Assembly (NCBI GenBank): GCA_902799955.1
Contig: CADCCQ010000002.1
Coordinates: forward strand, 4,017-68,016
Length of the DNA stretch: 64,000 nt
Direction of reading: 5' to 3'
From: an uncultured bacterium
GTDB lineage: Bacteria > Verrucomicrobiota > Kiritimatiellia > RFP12 > UBA1067
Shown here: positions 1 through 8,369 of the stretch, piece after piece
Numbering within the stretch: the first letter of the stretch is position 1
Layout of the letters: every line of letters starts with the position of its first letter
The notes under the pieces: generated by a model
What the model was told of the DNA's origin: nothing
The model's database searches: none
What the model saw: only the letters and a program-made list of their open reading frames with translations
Position numbers and translations under genes: made by a program

Positions 1-132
1 CTCGCCGCCGTGGTCGGCCGCGATATCTGCCGCGTCGCGTTCGACGTGCCTGCGCGCCTCGTCCGCCGAATCGAACTTCCTCGTCTCGCTTCCGTAGCCC
101 GACGCGCTGAACCTGACCGTTGTCTTCGCCAT
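1..132 (-). CDS. hypothetical protein, N-terminal fragment (continues past window start)
   Basis: ATG at 132-130 with GAAAGGAA upstream. Reads MAKTTVRFSASGYGSETRKFDSADEARRHVERDAADIAADHGGE with no stop to position 1. Confidence 0.4.
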   Translation of the reverse strand, partial: MAKTTVRFSASGYGSETRKFDSADEARRHVERDAADIAADHGGE

Positions 133-158
133 CTTGGTGTTCCTTTCGATGATGATGA

Positions 159-407
159 TCAGCGGCTCGGCTTCTTGACCTTGAACACCTTATGCCCAAA
201 TATCTTGTCGGCGAAAGCGTCCGCCTCGCGCCTCCTCTGGTGGATTACGTCCTGAAGGCGGTTAACCTCATCCTGAAGGCGATGAACCTCGGCATCCAAC
301 TCCTTGAGCTTGCGAATCTCGTCATCGGTCGGCTTGCGCGTCTCTCGCGAGACAATCGAATAATCGGATTCGAGGCTCTTCAGGAATCCTGCTGAATATC
401 TGGCCAT
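159..407 (-). CDS. hypothetical small coiled-coil protein (82 aa)
   Basis: ATG at 407 preceded by GGAAGGA. First gene after promoter-leader cassette 1. Heptad-like KLKELDAEVHRLQDEVNRLQD. Confidence 0.5.
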   Translation of the reverse strand: MARYSAGFLKSLESDYSIVSRETRKPTDDEIRKLKELDAEVHRLQDEVNRLQDVIHQRRREADAFADKIFGHKVFKVKKPSR

Positions 408-479
408 GTCATCCTTCCTTTCTTTTCGGTTTTCTTTCGCGTCCCTCGCGGGGGCCTTTCCCCCGTTGGAACAGCACAC

Positions 480-508
480 ATGATGCCGTAATAATTCACG
501 AATAGCAA
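480..508 (-). promoter_or_regulatory. repeated promoter element, copy 1
   Basis: Minus strand: -35 TTGCTA (508-503), 17-nt spacer, -10 CATCAT (485-480). A/T-rich tract upstream (511-540). Shares the CCGTTGCTAT...TACGGCATCAT blocks with the other copies. Confidence 0.6.
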
Positions 509-565
509 CGGCCCGTCTGAAGATTTATGAAGATTTTTTCGCCCGCAGAACGGCGGCGATCCAGC

Positions 566-603
566 GCAAAAAAACGAACCCCGCCCTTGTGCAGGACGGG
601 GTC
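566..603 (-). terminator. rho-independent terminator after 627..935
   Basis: Minus strand: ACCCCG...CGGGGT stem followed by TCGTTTTTTTG. Confidence 0.55.
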
Positions 604-626
604 ATTGGCTTCGCTGTCGCCTTCGC

Positions 627-935
627 TCACTTCAGCTCGGTGCGGGCGACCACGTATGTGGCGGAGATGCAGTAGCATCTGACGCCCCTCGCGCCCGCGT
701 TCGGGTCGACGAGGACGTTCACCTCGCGCGGCAGCGGGGTGTCGAGAACCTTCTCCATGATTTGTCTTACCCACTCGCCCATCTCGGCCTTCTCGGCCTC
801 GCTCTTCGGCTCGTTCGTGTAGTCGGTGTCGTGGATCATCACCGCGTCGTCCCTCTCCAGGAACACATGCCCGAGCCTCGCCTCCTTGACGGCCTTCGCC
901 AGCGCGCTTGCCTCGTATGCCTCTTGTATCGTCAT
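627..935 (-). CDS. hypothetical protein (102 aa)
   Basis: ATG at 935 with AAAGGAGAA SD. Sits downstream of promoter copy 2. Confidence 0.5.
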   Translation of the reverse strand: MTIQEAYEASALAKAVKEARLGHVFLERDDAVMIHDTDYTNEPKSEAEKAEMGEWVRQIMEKVLDTPLPREVNVLVDPNAGARGVRCYCISATYVVARTELK

Positions 936-1007
936 TGTCGTTCTCCTTTGCTTTCGGTTTTCGGTTGCGTCCTTCCTGCGGGCCTTTCCCGCTCAAGGAA
1001 CGACACT

Positions 1008-1036
1008 ATGATGCCGTAATAATTCACGAATAGCAA
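1008..1036 (-). promoter_or_regulatory. repeated promoter element, copy 2
   Basis: -35 TTGCTA (1036-1031), 17-nt spacer, -10 CATCAT (1013-1008). Confidence 0.6.
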
Positions 1037-1158
1037 CGGCCCTTCTGCATAAATCTTCAGCGCCGAAAACCGAGCCGCCTTTTAAACCGACGCCAACCCA
1101 TCCGAGGCCGGAGCGGACTCGGACGCGGTTGGCGGTTTGAACCTGCCCTGGGCGGCTG

Positions 1159-1353
1159 TTACTTCTTCGCGGCCTTCTTGACCGCAGCCTTCGCCTTCGC
1201 GACGGGCTTCGCCGTCTTTGCGGCGGGCTTCTTCGTCGCAGCCCTGACTGCGGCCTTCTTGACCGCCACGGGCTTCGCCGCCGCCTTCGTCTTCGGCGCG
1301 GGCTTCTTGGCTGCGGGCTTCTTCGCGGGCTTGGCTGCTTTCTTGGTTGCCAT
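1159..1353 (-). CDS. histone H1-like Lys/Ala/Pro-rich DNA-binding protein (64 aa)
   Basis: MATKKAAKPAKKPAAKKPAPKTKAAAKP... AKP-type repeats throughout. AAGGAG lies 8 nt upstream of the ATG at 1353. Confidence 0.6.
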   Translation of the reverse strand: MATKKAAKPAKKPAAKKPAPKTKAAAKPVAVKKAAVRAATKKPAAKTAKPVAKAKAAVKKAAKK

Positions 1354-1514
1354 GTCGTCGGCTCCTTTCATGGTTTTTACGATACACATATTTTACCAAA
1401 GTCCTCCGCGTCGAACAACGGCAACGCCGGCTTTTCGACGAAAGGAAAGCCGTCGGCGTTTCGCATGAAACTCCGACGGCGCTCGAGAAAGCCTGGCGAG
1501 GATCGCCTTTCGCG

Positions 1515-2039
1515 CTATAGGAGGCTTGACGCCTCGCGGAGCGTCGACTCGCAGTCCTCGATCTGCGACTTCATCAGGCTTAGAATGCCGCGAAGCTCCT
1601 TTATGCCGCCCTTGCCAAGGCCGTCGGCAAGCGCAAGGCAGTCTATCCCCGCCAGCGATCCCGACACCTTCTGGAGCGCGACGCTGGCCTTACCCGCGTT
1701 CATGCAGATGACGTCGGGCTTCGGCTTCCTCGCCCTTGGATGCTTTGCCTTGTACTCGCTTCTTGTTTTCTCGCGGAACTTCGCGTTGCACCAGCCGATC
1801 AGTTCGTCGGTTCCCTTGCCGCAGAGCTTGGCAAGATGGTCGAGCATCATCTCGCGCGTCATCGTGTCGCTGTGCCTCGCGGCCTCGCCCATCGAGTCGC
1901 CCGACTCCATGCTCTTCCGCATGTCCGCAAACGTCAGCGTCGGCGGCATTTCCCCGACCGCCCACAGCTCTTCGGGATGCACCCGCTTGAACCATCCGAG
2001 GATGGTCTCGTCCAGCCCCCTGCCCTTTTTCTGTTTCAT
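1515..2039 (-). CDS. hypothetical protein (174 aa), paralogue of 2942..3508
   Basis: ATG at 2039 with GGAAAGGA SD. Shares the W-x2-RVHP-x-E...T-[VL]-TF...M motif with 2942..3508. Confidence 0.5.
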   Translation of the reverse strand: MKQKKGRGLDETILGWFKRVHPEELWAVGEMPPTLTFADMRKSMESGDSMGEAARHSDTMTREMMLDHLAKLCGKGTDELIGWCNAKFREKTRSEYKAKHPRARKPKPDVICMNAGKASVALQKVSGSLAGIDCLALADGLGKGGIKELRGILSLMKSQIEDCESTLREASSLL

Positions 2040-2075
2040 TTTATCGTCCTTTCCATTGAGTTGTTTACGCCGCAT

Positions 2076-2104
2076 ATGATGCCGTAGGTTTCTGATGATA
2101 GCAA
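2076..2104 (-). promoter_or_regulatory. repeated promoter element, copy 3 (divergent spacer)
   Basis: -35 TTGCTA (2104-2099), 17-nt spacer, -10 CATCAT (2081-2076). Confidence 0.55.
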
Positions 2105-2238
2105 CGGCCCATTTGAAGAATTATGAAGATTTCTTTCCGACCGCAGAAGAGGCGGATTTCCGGGCGATGAATCGCCCGCCACGGGACAGCAGGCGGACGA
2201 CGGCAAGACGCACGTCCCGCCGCAGGCGACGATGTGTA

Positions 2239-2376
2239 TCACGCCCGCGTCAGCGCGTCCTCAAGGGCGTACCCGATTGCCGCGAGTCGCGCGACGGCGA
2301 TGTCGAAGTCGCCGCCCGCGCAATAGCCCGCGATGACCTCGCGGGCCTCGCCTCTGAGTTTTTCGATCTCGTTCAT
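2239..2376 (-). CDS. hypothetical small protein (45 aa)
   Basis: ATG at 2376 preceded by AAAGGAGAG. MNEIEKLRGEAREVIAGYCAGGDFDIAVARLAAIGYALEDALTRA. Confidence 0.45.
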   Translation of the reverse strand: MNEIEKLRGEAREVIAGYCAGGDFDIAVARLAAIGYALEDALTRA

Positions 2377-2408
2377 GGTGTCGCTCTCCTTTCTCGTTTC
2401 GGCCAAAC

Positions 2409-2783
2409 CTACTCGACCGCCCAGGTCAGGCGTTCGTCGGGGAAGGACTGGAGCGCGAGGTCTGCAATCGCCTTCAGGCACACAAGCGCCTTCTTCGCGT
2501 TTCCGTCCGTGGCCTTCCAGTAGTCCGCGTCGGGCTGTGCTTCGCCGAGCGCGGCTATCGCCTTGTCGAGGACGGGAAGCGAATCCCTGACGCATCCGCC
2601 GTCGAGCGAACGCAGTCCATCGCCCCCGATCACCCGATGGAAGGTGCCCGCGTAGTTGTACGTGACGTACAGCCATGCGTCCTTCGTGCCGCCGACGGCA
2701 TACGTACCACCGGCGATCTCGTGCTTTTCCGGCAGGAGGACGTCCTTTCCGTCCTCGTGCTTGATCCTTACGCTGTAGCCCAT
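2409..2783 (-). CDS. hypothetical protein (124 aa)
   Basis: ATG at 2783. First gene after promoter copy 4. Confidence 0.5.
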   Translation of the reverse strand: MGYSVRIKHEDGKDVLLPEKHEIAGGTYAVGGTKDAWLYVTYNYAGTFHRVIGGDGLRSLDGGCVRDSLPVLDKAIAALGEAQPDADYWKATDGNAKKALVCLKAIADLALQSFPDERLTWAVE

Positions 2784-2837
2784 CTTCGTTTTCCTTTCTT
2801 AGTTCGCCCCAGGGGGCAGCTTTCACATGCAGACACT

Positions 2838-2866
2838 ATGATGCCGTAATCCGGCGGAAATAGCAA
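2838..2866 (-). promoter_or_regulatory. repeated promoter element, copy 4 (divergent spacer)
   Basis: -35 TTGCTA (2866-2861), 17-nt spacer, -10 CATCAT (2843-2838). Confidence 0.55.
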
Positions 2867-2941
2867 CGGCCTATTTTGAGAATTATCGAGACGCGAAAAT
2901 CGGCGGATGGAGGCGACCGCCCGCCCCCATCCGCCATCGTG

Positions 2942-3508
2942 CTATTCAGCCTTTAGCGGATAGCCCTTGGCCTTGAGAGCCTTGTCTACCTCGGCGGCGA
3001 GAACCTTGCGCTTCGCCTCGTCCGCCTTTCTCTCCTTGGCGTTCTCGTGCGGGGCTGCGGCAAGCCACAGACCGTACCAGACATCGTAGTCGGTGTCCGT
3101 CAGTTCGGCAAGACGCTCGAAGCAACGCTGGCGCTGCTCCGACTCCCCGCAGTCGAGGATCTCGTAGAAGTTCTCGCCGTCGCGCATCCGCCTCGCCAGC
3201 TCGACGAACGTGACCGTTTCGGAGAAGTCTTCCATCCAGTCGCGCTCGCCGGGATGGACGCGGAGCATCCAGTCGCGCACGACCTCGTTGAGCCCGCTCC
3301 TCTCGGGGTCGCCGCCAAGCTCCTCGATCTGTCTGTCGAGTTCGACCTTGAGCGCGTCCATCACCGCCTTGACCGCCTTTGGATTTGCGATGCCGGACTT
3401 CCTGCCGTCGAGGTGCGTCACCTCGATTAGCTTCGCGCCCCGCTCCGCGTAGGTGCGGCGGCAGCGTATGAGGTTGTCCCTCAGCTCGGTCTTCTGCTTT
3501 TTCGTCAT
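2942..3508 (-). CDS. hypothetical protein (188 aa), paralogue of 1515..2039
   Basis: ATG at 3508. Contains VRDWMLRVHPGERDWMEDFSETVTFVELARRM, compared with ILGWFKRVHPEELWAVGEMPPTLTFADMRKSM in 1515..2039. Confidence 0.5.
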   Translation of the reverse strand: MTKKQKTELRDNLIRCRRTYAERGAKLIEVTHLDGRKSGIANPKAVKAVMDALKVELDRQIEELGGDPERSGLNEVVRDWMLRVHPGERDWMEDFSETVTFVELARRMRDGENFYEILDCGESEQRQRCFERLAELTDTDYDVWYGLWLAAAPHENAKERKADEAKRKVLAAEVDKALKAKGYPLKAE

Positions 3509-3583
3509 GGTTCTTTTCCCTTTCGTTTCTGTTTTCGGTTTTTGCCGCGCCTCCCGCTTGGGGAGGTCGCGGCGGTTTGAAAT

Positions 3584-3865
3584 TCATGCCCAGAAGGATT
3601 CGTAATCCTCGCCATCGTCGGCGTCCTCGTCGTAGCCGTTCGCCGCGTCCTCGGCGCGGTCTATCATCTCCTCCATCTCGTCGAGCTTCTCGCGCATCGC
3701 CTTGATCGCCTCGCGCATCTTCGCCCACTCGTCGAAGTCGAATTCGCGTAGGTGCGTCTCGTCAAGCGTCCGCTCGGTGTCGGTCGCAATCTCCTCGCCG
3801 AGGTTTTCGAGGTCTTCGGCAATCGCCTGCGCCCCGTAGGTCGTCGTCGTGTTCATCGTCGTCAT
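3584..3865 (-). CDS. highly acidic small protein (93 aa; alternative in-frame start at 3856)
   Basis: D/E-rich throughout, for example EDAANGYDEDADDGEDYESFWA at the C-terminus. First gene after promoter copy 5. Confidence 0.5.
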   Translation of the reverse strand: MTTMNTTTTYGAQAIAEDLENLGEEIATDTERTLDETHLREFDFDEWAKMREAIKAMREKLDEMEEMIDRAEDAANGYDEDADDGEDYESFWA

Positions 3866-3929
3866 CCTTTCGTTTTCGGTTTTCGTTTCGCCCCTCTTCG
3901 CGGGCCTTTCCCGCTCAAGGAACGCCAGT

Positions 3930-3958
3930 ATGATGCCGTAATAATCCAGGAATAGCAA
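3930..3958 (-). promoter_or_regulatory. repeated promoter element, copy 5
   Basis: -35 TTGCTA (3958-3953), 17-nt spacer, -10 CATCAT (3935-3930). Confidence 0.6.
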
Positions 3959-4183
3959 CGGCCCATTTGAAGATTTTTCATTATTTTTTCGCCCGCGAAA
4001 TCGCCGCGAAAAACGCCCTGTTTGCCCACCTCGCGGAGGCCGGGGAAACGCCCGCCCAACGCCCACGGACGCGTCCTGCGGCGACTGTGGCGCAATAGCG
4101 GGGAGAACGGAAAAGCCGACGGAGAGAGCGTCCCTCCGTCGGCCAAACGAATACCGAATTCATGCGGCCTTGCCGCGATTGCG

Positions 4184-4726
4184 TCATTTCATGGCGACCC
4201 ACCTCCTTTTCTCGATTGGCTTCAAAGCGCCGAAGGCGTTAGGCAATCCCCAGTACCTCGCGCCCGTCGCGCAGGTGATGCGGTAGCCGTCGGGGTAGGG
4301 CTTGCCCTCGCGGAGCTTCCGCGTCTCGGGCGTCATCGCGTAGGTGAACGCGGGAACGCGGTAGCGGATCGCGCGGCTTCCCATCAGCTCGGCGTGGACG
4401 ATGACCTTGACGCAGTTGTAGACGCTGGGGTACCCCTCGTAGAGGTCGAGGCGGTGAAGCTCGGTCTTCGTGACGAGGTATAGGACGCCCTCTACGCGGC
4501 TTCCGCGCGAACGCTCGATGTCCGCGTAGAGCCTCTCGACGAGCCGCCAGCCCTTGAGCGTGGCGCGGCCCACGGCCCGCGCCTCGGGTATGCGGCGGCG
4601 TATCTGCTCGGGGTTCATGTTTGACCCGTAGGCGAAGTACAGGAATGTGTCGGGGCTCGTGGCGAAGCTCCCCTCGCACGCGCTCCAGTTCCAAGTCGGG
4701 CGTTTGCATTCGTCTGCAATCTTCAT
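4184..4726 (-). CDS. gamma-glutamylcyclotransferase / AIG2-like family protein (180 aa)
   Basis: FAYGSNMNPEQI N-terminal motif and LDLYEGYPSVY catalytic-Glu motif. AAAGGAG SD before the ATG at 4726. Confidence 0.7.
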   Translation of the reverse strand: MKIADECKRPTWNWSACEGSFATSPDTFLYFAYGSNMNPEQIRRRIPEARAVGRATLKGWRLVERLYADIERSRGSRVEGVLYLVTKTELHRLDLYEGYPSVYNCVKVIVHAELMGSRAIRYRVPAFTYAMTPETRKLREGKPYPDGYRITCATGARYWGLPNAFGALKPIEKRRWVAMK

Positions 4727-4795
4727 CTTTTCGCTCCTTTCGTTTTACGCTGGCCTTGCCTCGCCTCCCCTCGCGGGGAGGCGGGGCGTCCGCCT

Positions 4796-5686
4796 TCAGT
4801 CGTGCCGCCCGTCCTTCCAAGCCGCCGAGCCGGGCAGGTTCTTGCAGAGGTGCTTGCGCATCGACTTGAAGGTCTCGCCGTTCGCGCCTAGCCTCAAAAG
4901 GAAAACGCGGAAGTCGTACTTCGCGCTCGCCTCGCTGTAGGGGCGCGGGTTCTTCGCGCTCGCCGCCTTCGCGCTCTTCGCCTTGAGAACCATCAGGAGG
5001 TCGATCAGAACCGCCGCCTTGATGACACCCGCGTGGAGGCTCTGCTCGTGGTAGCGGAACTCGACCGTCCCCTTGGTTCCGTTCCAAAGGTTGTGGAGGT
5101 TAAGGGCGCGGTAGCGCGCCGAGGAGTAGTGGCTGTTGCGGTCGCGGCATCCCCCGTAGTAGGCGTCCGCGAGCTTCGCCATCGTCGGGTTGTGCATCGC
5201 GCAAATCTTGTCGACGAAGGTGTGGTCGGTGCGGCGCGTGTAGCTGCTGATGCGAGCCTCCTGCGTCCCCGTCGCCTTGAGGATCAGCGTCTCCTGTTTG
5301 TAGAAAATCTTGACGAGGTTCTTGATCTGCGTCGGGGTCATCCCCTGCGCCCCGACGTGGACGTGGAGCCCCGTGCGGCTGTTGACCTTCGCGTGGGCTT
5401 TCCTCATCGCCCTCACCACCTTCTGGAGGGTGTCCATGTCGCCGTAGCGAAGAATCGGCGTGACCACCTCGGCGCTCGTTCCCCAAAGGCTGCCGTCGCT
5501 CACGATGTTCCACTTGCGTCCGTCGGGCATCGTCACCACCCAGTTGTGGAGGTGGTAGCCTTCGTACCTCGCCGTGCCGCCCGTGACCTCCGCGACCACC
5601 TTGGCCGCCCGCTCCTGGCTGATTCCCTCGTACTCGAGTTCGCACCCGTAGGTGAGGCTCGCCAATTCTGCTTCCGTTATCGTCAT
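4796..5686 (-). CDS. amidoligase (glutamine-synthetase-like, Amidoligase_2 type), 296 aa
   Basis: YGCELEYEG, TGLHVHVG and GTVEFRYHE motifs typical of the phage/plasmid amidoligase family. First gene after promoter copy 6. Confidence 0.7.
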   Translation of the reverse strand: MTITEAELASLTYGCELEYEGISQERAAKVVAEVTGGTARYEGYHLHNWVVTMPDGRKWNIVSDGSLWGTSAEVVTPILRYGDMDTLQKVVRAMRKAHAKVNSRTGLHVHVGAQGMTPTQIKNLVKIFYKQETLILKATGTQEARISSYTRRTDHTFVDKICAMHNPTMAKLADAYYGGCRDRNSHYSSARYRALNLHNLWNGTKGTVEFRYHEQSLHAGVIKAAVLIDLLMVLKAKSAKAASAKNPRPYSEASAKYDFRVFLLRLGANGETFKSMRKHLCKNLPGSAAWKDGRHD

Positions 5687-5758
5687 CTTCTTGTCTCCTG
5701 TTTTTCGGTTTTCGTTTGCGTCCCTCGCGGAGGCCTTTCCCCCGTTGGAACAGCGCAT

Positions 5759-5787
5759 ATGATGCCGTAATACTTCACGGATAGCAA
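5759..5787 (-). promoter_or_regulatory. repeated promoter element, copy 6
   Basis: -35 TTGCTA (5787-5782), 17-nt spacer, -10 CATCAT (5764-5759). Confidence 0.6.
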
Positions 5788-6123
5788 CGGGGTATTTGAT
5801 TATTTTTGATTATTTTTCACTATTTTTTATAACTTTGGATAACGGGGCTATTATCGCCGCTTACGGGCGGTTTACGCATCTCGGAAACGCGGGATTCCTG
5901 CGGCTCGGCAAAAGAAATCCCGACGCCCGCCGCGATTCGGCGGCAGACGCCGGGAGTGTGTTTGAAAAAAGAGCCGGACGGGGCGGAGGTCTCGGGTGCG
6001 GCATGGGCAACGATGGTCGCGCCGCACCGTTTCGGCGCTTTCGGCGGAGAGGCGCGAAAACCGTCGCGCCAAGGGAGTTCCGCCTACTCGCGTCGTGCCT
6101 CGCCCCGTCCGGCGAGATTGGCT

Positions 6124-6609
6124 TTACTTCGCGTCGGTCTCCGCGTTCCTGTATCCCGCCTTGCGGTAGGCGACCCAGTCGCCCGATTCGATGACGGGCG
6201 CATCCTTGCGGAGGTTGTTCATGATGTAGACCCAGGCGAGGACGTTGCCTCCGCCGACGAGGTGAACCTGAATCTGCTCGCGGCGGTAGAGGTGCGGGTA
6301 GCCCTCAAGCCTGTCCATCGACTTGAAGCCGTCGTCGTTGACGGTCAGCACCTCGCCCTTGACGTGCGTCCGTCCGCGCTTCACGAACGCGGGGAAGCGG
6401 CAGCCCGTGTCGTAGATGGTGCCTGTGGTCCACGCCTTCTGTCGGCGGGCGTTCCCCGCCCAGTGCGCGTTGGCTTCGCCCGCGATGAGCGTCCCGTAGA
6501 CGAAGACCTTGTGTTCCTCGTCGCGGCAGGGAAGGCCGAGAGCCTTTTCGCACCGCCTCCGCACGGACGGAGGGAGGTGCCTGATTTCAAGTTCGATTGG
6601 CGTTTGCAT
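6124..6609 (-). CDS. gamma-glutamylcyclotransferase / AIG2-like family protein (161 aa)
   Basis: VFVYGTLIAGEANAH and MDRLEGYPHLYRR motifs. GAAAGGAA SD before the ATG at 6609. Confidence 0.7.
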   Translation of the reverse strand: MQTPIELEIRHLPPSVRRRCEKALGLPCRDEEHKVFVYGTLIAGEANAHWAGNARRQKAWTTGTIYDTGCRFPAFVKRGRTHVKGEVLTVNDDGFKSMDRLEGYPHLYRREQIQVHLVGGGNVLAWVYIMNNLRKDAPVIESGDWVAYRKAGYRNAETDAK

Positions 6610-6698
6610 TTTCGAGTTCCTTTCTATTTTACCATTTTTGGTTTCGGCTGTGCGCCCGAGCCTCGGCGCAAGCACCGAGGCACAGGACGCGGGATTGT

Positions 6699-7040
6699 TC
6701 AGTCGACCTCGGTGGCGTTCACCTCGGTCTTGTCGAGTTCAAGGTCGCTCACCTTGATGTCCTCGGCGGTGAAGCGGTCTCGGACAATCTCCTCGGCCTC
6801 GCTCTCGCTCGACGCCCTGACGTCGAACGAGCCCGCGAAGGTCGCATGGAGACTCACCGAGTAGGTGCGCTTCTCTTCGTCGCCTACGCCGTAGTCATCG
6901 GGGGCGCATTCGCTCACGCACACGGCAAGCGTCCGTCCGCCTCCGGCTTCGATCCAGATGGTGTGGCCGTCCGAGTCGCACTTCGCGTTCGCGGCCTTGA
7001 GCGCGTCCATGAGGATGCTGTGAATCTTCATCTCGTCCAT
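6699..7040 (-). CDS. hypothetical protein (113 aa)
   Basis: ATG at 7040. Compact spacing within the operon driven by promoter copy 7. Confidence 0.45.
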   Translation of the reverse strand: MDEMKIHSILMDALKAANAKCDSDGHTIWIEAGGGRTLAVCVSECAPDDYGVGDEEKRTYSVSLHATFAGSFDVRASSESEAEEIVRDRFTAEDIKVSDLELDKTEVNATEVD

Positions 7041-7109
7041 TTTCGTTTCCTTTCTCGTCGTGGTTTGAGGGTTGCCTCCACCCCCGCCTTGGGGGTGGAG
7101 GCGTTCGCC

Positions 7110-7319
7110 TTACCTCGCGGCGAGGGCTGCGGCCTTGGCGACCTGCAGCTGGCGAATCTGGTAGGCGAGGCTGCGCATCTCGACCGCGTAGGTTTCGAGG
7201 GCGGGAAGGTTCTCCCGCGTCAGCGGAAGCTCCCCGACCATCCTCGCGAACTTGCGCACCCGCATCTCCTTGACCATGAGCTGTGCGTTCAGCTCTGCCA
7301 TCATCTCTTCGTCGCCCAT
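7110..7319 (-). CDS. hypothetical small protein (69 aa)
   Basis: ATG at 7319. First gene after promoter copy 7. Confidence 0.45.
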   Translation of the reverse strand: MGDEEMMAELNAQLMVKEMRVRKFARMVGELPLTRENLPALETYAVEMRSLAYQIRQLQVAKAAALAAR

Positions 7320-7389
7320 TTTCTTGCCTTTCCTTTTTTGGTTTTCGTTTGCCTTCGGGTACTCCCTTTTCCCCGTTGGAACAGCGCAT

Positions 7390-7418
7390 ATGATGCCGTA
7401 ATGTTCCAGGAATAGCAA
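7390..7418 (-). promoter_or_regulatory. repeated promoter element, copy 7
   Basis: -35 TTGCTA (7418-7413), 17-nt spacer, -10 CATCAT (7395-7390). Confidence 0.6.
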
Positions 7419-7583
7419 CGGGGTATTTGAAGATTTTTTATTATTTTTTACACCTTTTTATAAGTTTCGATTATTGGGCGATTTACGGCGGTTTTGGCCT
7501 TCGGAAGAGGCGGAATTTCGGCGTTCGCAGGGAGGCTCGGCGAGGCGAGCTGACGGATGGGGAGTGCGGGCAAATCCCGCAAG

Positions 7584-7622
7584 ACGAAAAATGCCCGCCC
7601 CGCGTCAATGCGGAACGGGCAT
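7584..7622 (-). terminator. rho-independent terminator after 7646..8011 (A/T runs on both sides)
   Basis: ATGCCCG...CGGGCAT stem. Followed by TTTTTCG on the minus strand and TTTTC on the plus strand. Confidence 0.55.
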
Positions 7623-7645
7623 TTTCAATGAGGGCGACGGCGGAT

Positions 7646-8011
7646 TCAGATGCCGAGATCGTTTAGGCGACGGCGCAAGGCAAGTTCCTGCGCCTCGGAG
7701 AGACCGACGGAGTTGCATTCGCCGTCGTCGGCGCAGACGAAAGTGTCGCCGACGATGACATCGTTGTGAAAAAGAATCTCCGCGAGAATCGTCGCCTTGG
7801 GATTGTAGGATCGCTCCTTGAACTTTCCCTCCTCGTCGAGAAAAAGGTCAAGCCCGTCGAGGCCGTTGCCGGAAAGACACCACCGCTCAATGTCGCCGCC
7901 GACCATCGACTGCATCGTCTCAAGCGTGAGGTTGCCGTCGGCGTCGGTCTCGACTTCGACAAACTCCCAATCACCTCTCGCGGGGATTTTCAGAATCTTC
8001 GCCTTTGCCAT
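7646..8011 (-). CDS. DUF3846-like protein (about 121 aa)
   Basis: MAKAKILKIPARGDWEFVEVETD...LETMQSMVGGDIE matches the DUF3846 N-terminal pattern as I recall it. AAAGGAG lies 7 nt before the ATG at 8011; an ATG at 8017 is an alternative start. Confidence 0.55.
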   Translation of the reverse strand: MAKAKILKIPARGDWEFVEVETDADGNLTLETMQSMVGGDIERWCLSGNGLDGLDLFLDEEGKFKERSYNPKATILAEILFHNDVIVGDTFVCADDGECNSVGLSEAQELALRRRLNDLGI

Positions 8012-8071
8012 TTTCATGCTCCTTTCTGTTGCATCACCCCTCGGCGTTTCCGCCGAGGGGCGTGACATTCT

Positions 8072-8305
8072 TCAGCGGTCGATGAGCCCGACGAGCCCGG
8101 ACAGGAATCCGTCCGTCATCTCCGCCGCCGCAAGCGTTCCCGAAAACGCTCCGCGCAGTTGAAACACCCCGCTGGCGTTTCCCTTCTTGGCGAGCTTGAA
8201 GGCCATCTCCCTCGCATCCTTCATCGTGTCAGCCATCGCCGAAATCCGGCTGGCGAGGATGTTGATCCTCCTCTGCTCCAGCGTCTCGTTCTGCATCTCT
8301 TCCAT
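8072..8305 (-). CDS. hypothetical small protein (77 aa)
   Basis: ATG at 8305 with GAAAGGAAAA SD. Confidence 0.45.
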   Translation of the reverse strand: MEEMQNETLEQRRINILASRISAMADTMKDAREMAFKLAKKGNASGVFQLRGAFSGTLAAAEMTDGFLSGLVGLIDR

Positions 8306-8369
8306 CGTCGTTTTCCTTTCTTTGCGCCCCGCCCTCGGCGTTCCCGCCGAGGCGCAGGGCATTGTGTTT

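Noticed and set aside
5796-6194. Plus-strand ORFs 5796..6194 and 7427..7666 with similar N-termini (MIIFDYF... / MKIFYYF...)
   Set aside because: The similarity comes from repeated A/T-rich DNA upstream of promoter copies 6 and 7. They have TTG-type starts and no SD, and downstream they run into GC-rich Arg/Gly-rich sequence overlapping real genes.
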